64,000 nt of DNA. Source: a virus. Positions within the stretch are counted from its first letter, which is position 1. Every line of letters starts with the position of its first letter. The notes beneath the pieces are model-generated. The model had not been told where the DNA came from and did no database searches. It saw nothing but the letters and a program-made list of their open reading frames with translations. This document shows, in pieces, positions 9,807 to 18,385 of the stretch. The stretch covers positions 32,001 to 96,000 of the IMG/VR virus record IMGVR_UViG_3300023276_001086, one strand, 5' to 3'. The position numbers and the translations under genes are program-made.

Positions 9807-10673
9807 CTAGAAACCAGGCCAGTCATTGCGGAGGTTGCCGCCGACCATCCTGCAAGCTCGGCCCGGCATTTGCGCCGCCGAAATCTTCCGACCTACAGCG
9901 GCAACACGATGCTCCGCTGTCATCATTTCCGGGAAACCCGAGCCCCACCCGCGAAACGTCAGCGGGATAGCGTTCTCATTGCAGAAGTCAGCTACCGCCT
10001 TCACCCAGGCCACTGGGAGAACCGTCTTGTCCTGAATGGGTGCAGTCACGGAAACCCAATCCAATTCCGGCCACGCTGCGAGGTCGATAGCCCCCATCAT
10101 CGGTGAGCATCGCACCAACCGCCGATCAGCGAGCGAATCCATCAATACCGGAATCATGGCATCTGCGTGCTCTTGGTCCTCCACCGACACAGCAAAAGTC
10201 ACGTTAGGCAGGGGCCACTCTTTAGTGAATGAATCCCAACTAGGGTCGGCCCACCTATCAGCCTGGACTGCAACCGACGCTGGGGTATTTTCGTCAGCAA
10301 GCCACTCTTTCGCCGCCTGGATACGCCTCGTCGTCACCACGAAATGATGTCGAGGGAGCTTAGCCATCACGCCGAAGATCGCTGCTCTATAATCGTCGGT
10401 CACCCCAGGGTGGAACATATCGCTGATGTGCCCCACGTTGAAGAGGGCAGGAGGCTCGATGTTGAAGGGGATGTCCAGCGACTCTGACATGAACACCACC
10501 TCCCCTGTCCAGTCCCCGTCCCCATCGATCACCTCGACATGATGCTTCTTTACCCAGGGATGCTGTGTGAGCTTCACCAGCCTCTCAGCACAGTGGTCAC
10601 ACCCTGACGACACCTTGGTACACCCAAAAATCGGACTCCAGCCGACCATATTCACATATTCCACGCCTACCAC
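9807..10673 (-). CDS. DUF5131 (phage Gp37/Gp68) family protein, degenerate
   Basis: W.P..GCTKVSSGCDHC, SDMFH, WPLPNV, SVEDQ, LDWV motifs. Confidence 0.8.
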   Translation of the reverse strand: MVGVEYVNMVGWSPIFGCTKVSSGCDHCAERLVKLTQHPWVKKHHVEVIDGDGDWTGEVVFMSESLDIPFNIEPPALFNVGHISDMFHPGVTDDYRAAIFGVMAKLPRHHFVVTTRRIQAAKEWLADENTPASVAVQADRWADPSWDSFTKEWPLPNVTFAVSVEDQEHADAMIPVLMDSLADRRLVRCSPMMGAIDLAAWPELDWVSVTAPIQDKTVLPVAWVKAVADFCNENAIPLTFRGWGSGFPEMMTAEHRVAAVGRKISAAQMPGRACRMVGGNLRNDWPGF

Positions 10674-13168
10674 CCAAAGTCCTGAAGCGCGTTATCGAAG
10701 ATGTTGTAGGCCGACTCAGCCGTCGCCGTGATGTTCGCGCTCAGCGTCGGGTCCGCATTGAATCGGCAGAAGTCCAGGGTAGCGACGGTCCCAGCCGCCG
10801 AAGTAAACGGGTTATTCGCCCCACCGCTGGCGTGGACGAATGTCGATCTAGTCGCCCGGAATTTCGTGCTCGCCACCTGAAAATTGATTGCGAAAGTCGT
10901 GCGCCCGATCAATCGGCAGTTAGCTATGGACACCGTTGGGTTGGCATGAATCAGCCGGATCGGCACTGGCTCCCCCGCACTCCCAACCCAACCCCTGACA
11001 TCATCAAAGATAAGCTCCGCACTGGTCCCACCACCAAGGAAGAACACGCCTGCCCCCAGAACAGGGTCGACATCTATGTTCCGATACGTCACTTTCCAGT
11101 TAGCCGTCGATGGTGCCCAGGCGCGGAACAGCATGGACCCAGCTACGCGGCCATTCTTGACTGTCACTTGCGGATTATCGCCAGAGACTTCAGCAGCACA
11201 GAGAGTTGAACCGCTTATCGTGAAGCCATTCAAATCCAGAATCGTGTGGTATCCATCTGGCCAGCTAGTCCCAGGCGAAGAGGAGTCATCAGACATCAGT
11301 TTGATGACAATGTCGTCCTGAGAGACGAGAGCCGCCGACTGCACCGCCTCAGCCGCAGTGTTGTACATCTGCCCGACGCCAGCCAGCTTTGGTGTGTCGG
11401 ACGGGTCGTGGATGCTGGGGGACACACCCACATCAAAAGTGCAATTCCTGAATGTCCCAGTCTTCAGAGTCCCGGAATACACCGAGAAGTCCAAAGCCAG
11501 GTAAATTCCAGTCGGCGGGGAATACCCCAACTGCCCTTCACCGAACCGACAGCTTGAACAAATCAAATCATCTGGCTGAGTGTTGATCAAGAGTGGACGT
11601 GCCATCAAAACCGAGCAGCCATCATCCCAACTGACACCTAAGAACGTGCTTCGCTCCAGCCACACCTGGCCAGTCGTGCCCAAGGTGACCACCCCGGCAA
11701 AGACCGTCGACATGGACGGTTCATCGTCAAAGAAGTCCTTGGTAGTGACCCGACTCTGGAAAACGTACAGGTTGGCAGTACCCGAGACGCCAAGTTGCTG
11801 AAGATGCGTGTCAACCAGGCGCAAACTGCCAACAGCGGAAGACACCGCACACTGCTCACCGTCTACGTCATCCAGCGTGAGAGCATGATCGCCGACTCCG
11901 GTAACCTGGACCGCCACCGCCGCAGCACCAGACAGCAAGAAAAATGCTTGGTCCAGCTTGCACCGGGCCAGCCTCACTGACGACGGGCTCGTCCCACGGA
12001 CATGAATCCCAAGCCGCGCATCAAACGAGAAATCCACATCCCGGAAGACGATGTTTAGCGCCTCGTCGATGTCGACTGCCCAAGTCGTAGGTGCAAGCGC
12101 CCACGTAAACGGCTCTGTCACACTGCCGTAGCCAAACCCAGGGTGGGTGTACACAAGCTGCGTCAGGCTATTGACCGCCGTGATAGTGAACGTCCCATTG
12201 TTAGCGGGATTCGTGCAGCCTGAGATCGTTATCGACTGACCGATCATCCCCACCAGGAAAGATGCACCGACCGCGTCAAGTGTGACACTACCAAAACCTG
12301 GGGAGTCGGCTGTGAGCGTAAACGTGCCAGTGTCAGTAAGACCCGCAGAACCCTCTCGGTCGATGGTGACGTTGTAGTACCCCGCATTGTCGTTCGTCTG
12401 CGTGACGATTTCGACATCAGCGGTCTGCGTGATGACGCACGCCTCTTTCGATTCGCCAATCACATACACGTACTCTGGAAGGTCCAGAGCCGACTCTGTG
12501 TAGTGCCCAGGCATGATCTTGATTCCGACGCGGTGCGCCACGGTGGGAGACATCGCAACCGCTGCGATAATCCCGGCAGCGATGGTGTCCTCTGGGAACT
12601 GGATCGTCCCGTCTTCGGTGTAGGAACTCGTCGTCTTGTCGACGACCACCCAGTTGTCGATGCCAGGAAGCGCGTCGTTCCCGCCCCCACCCCCACCCCC
12701 AACAATGTTCCAAGCTACCCCATCGTCAACGTAGAGGCCTTCCCCAGTACCGCTCTTATAGCCAAAACGGCCCTTTGTGTAATCGGTGGGCAGTGTAGCG
12801 ATGGGGTTGAGCTCCACGACACCTTCGGCACCTACCCCAAATTTCTGGGTGTAGGCAGGGGGCGAACTATCGTAGTCATCCCCGACCGACAGAAGCTTGC
12901 CGCCGTTCGTAACGAAACTGTCCCGGGCCACGAGCTTGAAAGCGATGGCACTCGCGCCATCAGCGACAGGACTGACCATCCCGCCGGGGCCCTGACCAGC
13001 AGCACCGACACCGATCAACGTGCCAGTCGTACCAAGGAACACCTGGATGGCTAGGATCTGCGAGTCCGGATAATTGAAATCCTCGTCGTAAACGATGTCG
13101 ACAAGATCTACTCGAGCAACTGCGGCATCGACCGAAGTCGGCCAATCAGTTGTGCCTGGATATGCCAC
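10667..13168 (-). CDS. Tail spike/fibre with beta-helix repeats
   Basis: 833 aa; DGTIQFPEDTIAAGI..IKIMPGHYTE beta-helix entry motif; repetitive beta coils. Confidence 0.65.
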   Translation of the reverse strand: MAYPGTTDWPTSVDAAVARVDLVDIVYDEDFNYPDSQILAIQVFLGTTGTLIGVGAAGQGPGGMVSPVADGASAIAFKLVARDSFVTNGGKLLSVGDDYDSSPPAYTQKFGVGAEGVVELNPIATLPTDYTKGRFGYKSGTGEGLYVDDGVAWNIVGGGGGGGNDALPGIDNWVVVDKTTSSYTEDGTIQFPEDTIAAGIIAAVAMSPTVAHRVGIKIMPGHYTESALDLPEYVYVIGESKEACVITQTADVEIVTQTNDNAGYYNVTIDREGSAGLTDTGTFTLTADSPGFGSVTLDAVGASFLVGMIGQSITISGCTNPANNGTFTITAVNSLTQLVYTHPGFGYGSVTEPFTWALAPTTWAVDIDEALNIVFRDVDFSFDARLGIHVRGTSPSSVRLARCKLDQAFFLLSGAAAVAVQVTGVGDHALTLDDVDGEQCAVSSAVGSLRLVDTHLQQLGVSGTANLYVFQSRVTTKDFFDDEPSMSTVFAGVVTLGTTGQVWLERSTFLGVSWDDGCSVLMARPLLINTQPDDLICSSCRFGEGQLGYSPPTGIYLALDFSVYSGTLKTGTFRNCTFDVGVSPSIHDPSDTPKLAGVGQMYNTAAEAVQSAALVSQDDIVIKLMSDDSSSPGTSWPDGYHTILDLNGFTISGSTLCAAEVSGDNPQVTVKNGRVAGSMLFRAWAPSTANWKVTYRNIDVDPVLGAGVFFLGGGTSAELIFDDVRGWVGSAGEPVPIRLIHANPTVSIANCRLIGRTTFAINFQVASTKFRATRSTFVHASGGANNPFTSAAGTVATLDFCRFNADPTLSANITATAESAYNIFDNALQDFGW

Positions 13169-13202
13169 TTCAACCTCCGCGTGCTGCTAGTATACTCTCA
13201 CC
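13169..13202. promoter_or_regulatory. Short divergent intergenic region with palindromic AGTATACT (TATACT -10-like on both strands)
   Basis: 34 bp between the divergent starts at 13168(-) and 13203(+); GGAGG RBS on the minus strand. Confidence 0.35.
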
Positions 13203-13523
13203 ATGCACTTCAAAGAGATGAAGACAGAGGATCGAGTAAAACTCATCAAGGGCCACGACGACGTGCTCACCCCGATGGTAAAAGCTGATGAGCAAATCTA
13301 CGAAGGCGTGATGTGCCCACGATGCGAGGGGATGGCTACCAAGGAGTTCGACCTCCACCGAACCCTCAACTCTCCCCGCATCATCCCTCGCTACAACTGC
13401 CGATGTCTGGAGTGCAGCTGTCTCTTCGAACCAATCACCAGGCTCGTCGTCGAGATGGGGAACAAGGGCCAGCTCCGTCCCGACACCCTGGTCCCGATCA
13501 TTGACCCCGCCAACGGACATTAG
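13203..13523 (+). CDS. Small zinc-ribbon protein
   Basis: 106 aa; CPRC...CLEC; fills the gap between two minus-strand genes, stop overlaps the convergent stop. Confidence 0.7.
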   Translation: MHFKEMKTEDRVKLIKGHDDVLTPMVKADEQIYEGVMCPRCEGMATKEFDLHRTLNSPRIIPRYNCRCLECSCLFEPITRLVVEMGNKGQLRPDTLVPIIDPANGH

Positions 13524-16500
13524 ATCGACCTCGACAACGAAATGTAGCTGGCGCCCTCAGAGGTAGTCCCATCGTCATCTGGGATCAGCGCAGACATCCT
13601 GCCACTCGAGATCTGGTCAACCGACCGCTCTGTGATAATCGTCCTGTCTCGCTGGTGACCAATGCCGAGCAGTACGACCGGGTGCGTGACCTTCGTCGCC
13701 CCAGTGGTGCGAATGGTGTTGGCCATGTCATCCACCTCGAGCATGTTCTCCGGGAGGATGGCGTCTATGAGCGCGACAAGATCAGCGCGTACATCGTCCT
13801 CTGTCCCGCCGCTACGGTACTCGATGGCGGCCCGAACAAAGATGGGCAGCAAAGACTTCGCCAACGGACTCGAGACCAGCACCCGGTTCTGCGGGTCGCG
13901 CATGTAGTCGTGAACCCGCTCAACGATGGGGTCACGCTCGTAGACAATCTGAATACTCCTGCCTGAGAGCTCCTGCTTCTCCCCAGGGTCGTCGTCTGAC
14001 CCAACAACGAGGATACGTGGGCTGATGCCCAGCCAGGGCTTCTCTGCCATCGAGTAGGACGTGTCGTCGTCCTCCGTGGTGATCTCCCACCCCTCCGAGC
14101 CGTAACCCACGACAGTGGCCTGAAGGTCATCAGCGATATTCCAGAGGTTGCCGTACCCCTGCGAGATACACTCGAGGTCGAAGTAGTAAAGCCCGTTCTC
14201 GTCCACCTGGTCGGCCATGGTAGTCGAGGTAATGCGCTGCCTACCAAAACGCTCGATATGCAGATAGTGGCCGAGCTCGTCAATGATGGCCCCGCCCAGA
14301 AGCGCCCCAGCCGTCCAGGACGTACCAGCAAGATCCGTAATACTGATGGGCCCCGTCGCCCCACCAAAGACAGTGCTGATGAGGTAGAACCCCTTCTCCG
14401 GGGAATCATTATTCGTCTCGGCGTTCGGCCCCGCCCCGCCTGAAAACACCCCGTCGACAAGCCAAGTGTTCCAGGTTTGCCTCGCGACTCCGAAAATAGT
14501 ATCCGTGGCGTCACTCCCCGCGCCCAAGTTACTACGGATGGTGATACTCCGGTCAGCCCGAAGCATGAGATAAAATTCACCGGGCCCGCTCGGGTTCTCG
14601 AACTTAGATGCTACAGCTACGCTGAGTTGCGCATTGATCTGCGCAATGATGGTATCGGTGTCGAGAGACGTACCCGAGAAGGTCACCGTCTCGGTACCGT
14701 TACCCACATCAATCAACACCGTAGCCCCATCCAACGTGAGGTACGGTCCGCCGGCCGCCAAGTCCACTGACCCCACGAGGGGGGCGTAGGTAATCTCGAG
14801 ACGATCCCCCTCAGCGACGCCGTAGAGGGGCACATCGAGAGCTACAGCACCACCGAGCTCGAACGGCGCCAAGAGGACGTCAAGTGCCGCCCAACCTGCC
14901 GTTGGCGTGGCGGTATCTGATGGAAGAATCTCATCCAACACTTCAGGGTCGGGACGGAAGTTGAGACTCGTGGCACCGAGCTCGACCGAGAGCAACGCCG
15001 AAGCGTAGGTCGCCTCAAACGTCACGGGGTCGAGAAAATAGAGACGGAACGATCCGTAGCTCGGCGGACCAATCTCATACTCCATATCCGCAGGACTCAC
15101 AGTGGGCCAACGGACGGTGCTGGTCAGCTGAAGTAAGTCGACAGTAGCAAGAAGACCGTGCGTGCCTACCGCCAGCACCGTGTAGTAGCCCTGATTATCC
15201 GTAGTGTTGATGTTGACGATATCCCCGGCACGAACGCCGAGAGCGTACAAATCCTCCCCCGTGGCGACGCCATCCTCGTCAACCATCTGAAGGGTATCTG
15301 TGTCAGCCGCGGCCGCGTTCAAGTAGGTATTCTGTGAAATGGAAACGTTGGTCCCAACCTTCGCTTCTCGCCCAGGGTTCTGGAAACTGCTGGACTGCAC
15401 GTCCACTGGGTGGCGATAAGGCACGTAAGCCCCAGTTGGGTCAAGGTTGCTGTCGAGCAACTCCACAGTCTTGACGCGCAACAACGGCAGCTCGACACCA
15501 TCCTGCTTACGGTAGATCTCGTAACCAAGTGGTGAGCTCGAAGTCGTCATGATTGTGTCGATGGTGAGTTGATTACCGCTCACCCCGCTGCTCACGATCC
15601 CGTACTCACCAGCGTCGTCCCCCTCCAAAATCCTCACATAATCGGTGTCGACCACCCCCACAGCGGCGAAGGTCGGTGCGGCACTAACGGTCTCTACGAT
15701 AGGGAGACCTGCGACGGTAAGAAGATCCTCACCCTCGAACCTCACCTCACGTGGATCAGTCAGATCGATATCGATATCATCGACCAGCAAATAGGATAGA
15801 TCAGTAACGGTACCCGGAGCAGTCATGGTCTCAGATAAGCGAACCAGCGCCCCGGGCCCGACCCACGATTTCTCCAGTACGCGGTAAGATCCAGCGTCCG
15901 TACCCTCCTCGATAACCAGACTGGTCCGCCCAGGCACGATGTTGTCGTACTCGACCTCTAATAGATCATTCAGGGTGACTACACCCGGAGAAGCATCATC
16001 AGTCTGGGCGTCTTCGCGCCGTGCAATGACATCCTCATCCGCCACCAAACTCAATGCCAGCGAGTTCTCCTCGATGTCCCCACCGCGCACGTAGATATCC
16101 GCACAACCCCCAACGTGAATCTCGTTACTTGGGATGGTCAGCGTCTCACCGTTCGTAACATCCGGGAAAAGAATGCCCCCGGGGATATCTGAAAGGGTGA
16201 TAGTAGACGCAGTTCGAATGGTCCAGTGACCCTCCAGCGGCGTCACAACCCCATCGGGGAGCGAGGTATCGCCATCGTACTGAGATGCGATACTTAGCTG
16301 GGCGGCCCCCATGACTTCGCCGAGAATGAACTCGTGGGGGACGATAGCGACACCATCGTTGTACCAGACCTCAAGAGAGTAGCCCGACAGGTCCGTACCA
16401 ATGGGTCCGAGAGCTACCGTGAAATCTATTGAGGGGACCGTCACGTCGAAGAGTGTGGTCCAGTTATCCAACGCAGCCGTGGGACTCGTACTACCGTCTG

Positions 16501-17383
16501 CCCCGGAATGGAGCACGGGACCGAGACTCCCACCGACAATCACGTCACGGTGCATCTCCTCGTCGTTGAACCCAATGGCTTGGATAATAGTGAGGTCGCT
16601 GAACTCTGCCTTGAGGGCGGCCACCATACCGGGGAACGTCGTGGCGGAACGCTCACCCATGGAGCTCTCACCGCGGTCGATGAACTCTGCGGTGGTCTCT
16701 TCACGAACACCCGGCGTAGCCTTGGCCAGGTTTGTGGCCCGTGTCGCAGCCGTCAGCCCAGTAACACCGATGATCTGTGACGCACCAATGTTGTAAGCCG
16801 TACCCGGTCGCTCGGCCTGGTAGTTGACATCAAAGTAGTAGAGGCCGCTCGAGTCAATGTTGAACAACATCTCCTCGGCGTTGATGCTCTGCGCCTGGGC
16901 CGGGAGATAACGCAAACCGTTGGCCGTATAACCAACGTTGGTCGTGCCGATGTTCGCCGACAACGGATTCTGGAAGTAGATACGAATCTTGACCCGGGCG
17001 TACCCGCCCAACGTCCGCGTCATGAAGAAGTTCGCCATGAGGCGATCAGCCTCAACTGACGTAAGCTGCTCGGGGTTAGCCAGCGAAAGCTGCCGCGAGA
17101 CACTACGGAACTCTCGACGAAGCGGCTCAAGGAGCGTGACCATTGGCTTGACGAACAAGTCAGCCAGTGCTCCCCCCTCCTCCACGAACAGCTGCGGGTG
17201 CTCCTGCTGAAGACGGGTCAGGATATAACTGAGCGTATCCGTCTCGAAAGGGTCCGGCTCTAGCCGCGCCACAAGCGGCTCTATCACCTGCACCGATGCC
17301 GGGGCGCCCCTATCCGTGTTGATAGTGGGGTCCATGGCCCGCAGGCGCTCCTGAATAAAGAGTCTCCAGCTGTCGATCGCCAT
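13520..17383 (-). CDS. Baseplate J-like (T4 gp6-like) wedge protein with large insertion
   Basis: 1287 aa; EGGALADLFVKP, ANFFMTR..G.YA, AERPGTAYNI, ATN..ATPGVREET..EFIDR. Confidence 0.75.
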   Translation of the reverse strand: MAIDSWRLFIQERLRAMDPTINTDRGAPASVQVIEPLVARLEPDPFETDTLSYILTRLQQEHPQLFVEEGGALADLFVKPMVTLLEPLRREFRSVSRQLSLANPEQLTSVEADRLMANFFMTRTLGGYARVKIRIYFQNPLSANIGTTNVGYTANGLRYLPAQAQSINAEEMLFNIDSSGLYYFDVNYQAERPGTAYNIGASQIIGVTGLTAATRATNLAKATPGVREETTAEFIDRGESSMGERSATTFPGMVAALKAEFSDLTIIQAIGFNDEEMHRDVIVGGSLGPVLHSGADGSTSPTAALDNWTTLFDVTVPSIDFTVALGPIGTDLSGYSLEVWYNDGVAIVPHEFILGEVMGAAQLSIASQYDGDTSLPDGVVTPLEGHWTIRTASTITLSDIPGGILFPDVTNGETLTIPSNEIHVGGCADIYVRGGDIEENSLALSLVADEDVIARREDAQTDDASPGVVTLNDLLEVEYDNIVPGRTSLVIEEGTDAGSYRVLEKSWVGPGALVRLSETMTAPGTVTDLSYLLVDDIDIDLTDPREVRFEGEDLLTVAGLPIVETVSAAPTFAAVGVVDTDYVRILEGDDAGEYGIVSSGVSGNQLTIDTIMTTSSSPLGYEIYRKQDGVELPLLRVKTVELLDSNLDPTGAYVPYRHPVDVQSSSFQNPGREAKVGTNVSISQNTYLNAAAADTDTLQMVDEDGVATGEDLYALGVRAGDIVNINTTDNQGYYTVLAVGTHGLLATVDLLQLTSTVRWPTVSPADMEYEIGPPSYGSFRLYFLDPVTFEATYASALLSVELGATSLNFRPDPEVLDEILPSDTATPTAGWAALDVLLAPFELGGAVALDVPLYGVAEGDRLEITYAPLVGSVDLAAGGPYLTLDGATVLIDVGNGTETVTFSGTSLDTDTIIAQINAQLSVAVASKFENPSGPGEFYLMLRADRSITIRSNLGAGSDATDTIFGVARQTWNTWLVDGVFSGGAGPNAETNNDSPEKGFYLISTVFGGATGPISITDLAGTSWTAGALLGGAIIDELGHYLHIERFGRQRITSTTMADQVDENGLYYFDLECISQGYGNLWNIADDLQATVVGYGSEGWEITTEDDDTSYSMAEKPWLGISPRILVVGSDDDPGEKQELSGRSIQIVYERDPIVERVHDYMRDPQNRVLVSSPLAKSLLPIFVRAAIEYRSGGTEDDVRADLVALIDAILPENMLEVDDMANTIRTTGATKVTHPVVLLGIGHQRDRTIITERSVDQISSGRMSALIPDDDGTTSEGASYISLSRSI

Positions 17384-17385
17384 GA

Positions 17386-18039
17386 CTACAACCCCAACCC
17401 AACTACCGAACCGTTGCCGGCCTGATTTCCAATAGAAATTCGCCCCTCGAGGGTGAGGGTCTCCGGAAGAAATCGGGCCTCGGTCACCCTCGCATAAAGC
17501 AACCGCTCAGTCATACTCAGCCTTGGGTTATTGGCTTGGAGAGACATGATCTGTCGCCGAGATTCGTCAGCAGCCCTCTTGAAATCCGCGACCAGTGTCC
17601 CGCTGTTCGGCCGCTTGACGAGCTGCCCAACGGCCCGAAGAAGCCCACCACCGATCTTAGGAGAAAATGCGTCGGTACCAGGAGACTGAAGCATGATTTT
17701 CAAAAACGTCTGGATGAGTCTGGTGAACCCGTCAACCGTACCTGGCGTATCTGTGAGCCCGAAAGTGATGAAGCTCCTGTCGGTTCTCGTAAGCCGGTTA
17801 CTGGTCACGACAACGGAACGAATGGACTGCCCCACCTGCCCGGACGGGATCTGCGCAAGAAGCTCACGACTAGATGTGATGATAACGTCCGGGGACTTCA
17901 CTTCATTGATGAGCACATCCTGCGCAGAGTTGAAATCTACGCCCCCAACTGCCAGAGTCGGCGGGTTTGATCCCGCCACATGCGCCACCTGAGTGAGCTT
18001 GAGAATATCCCGAATCTCTATGAACTGAAGGTCAACCAT
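17386..18039 (-). CDS. Baseplate gp25/GPW-like protein with N-terminal Ig/IPT-like domain
   Basis: VDGFTRLIQTFLKIMLQSPGTDAFSPKIGGGL resembles the gp25 core; adjacent to the J-like gene. Confidence 0.65.
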   Translation of the reverse strand: MVDLQFIEIRDILKLTQVAHVAGSNPPTLAVGGVDFNSAQDVLINEVKSPDVIITSSRELLAQIPSGQVGQSIRSVVVTSNRLTRTDRSFITFGLTDTPGTVDGFTRLIQTFLKIMLQSPGTDAFSPKIGGGLLRAVGQLVKRPNSGTLVADFKRAADESRRQIMSLQANNPRLSMTERLLYARVTEARFLPETLTLEGRISIGNQAGNGSVVGLGL

Positions 18040-18385
18040 CGTCCCCTACAGCTTCCACGTCCGGACCTGAACCATCTTCTCTGGTGTTGGTCGCCTGGGA
18101 GGAGTCACTACGGAGTTCAAACGCACTGGCTGGCATCCGACGAGCCTGCGCAACGGCATCGAGCACATCATGCTTCATTGATCGAATAGCACCGAGCTTG
18201 GAAGGACGAATCGCGCTCACGTCCTCCTCAATGTCCTGAATGGCCCGCGCAATCGTGTGCTCAAAGGTAGCGGCTGACACCCCTTCGGTAACCTCGCTGC
18301 CCCTCACAAAAGCGAAGCCCTGCGCCAGCACCTGTCGAATGTTGTCGGTCGACGCCTCGTTCTTACGCTCTTCTTCCGTCGTCAT
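18032..18385 (-). CDS. Hypothetical protein
   Basis: 117 aa, coupled in operon. Confidence 0.6.
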   Translation of the reverse strand: MTTEEERKNEASTDNIRQVLAQGFAFVRGSEVTEGVSAATFEHTIARAIQDIEEDVSAIRPSKLGAIRSMKHDVLDAVAQARRMPASAFELRSDSSQATNTREDGSGPDVEAVGDDG

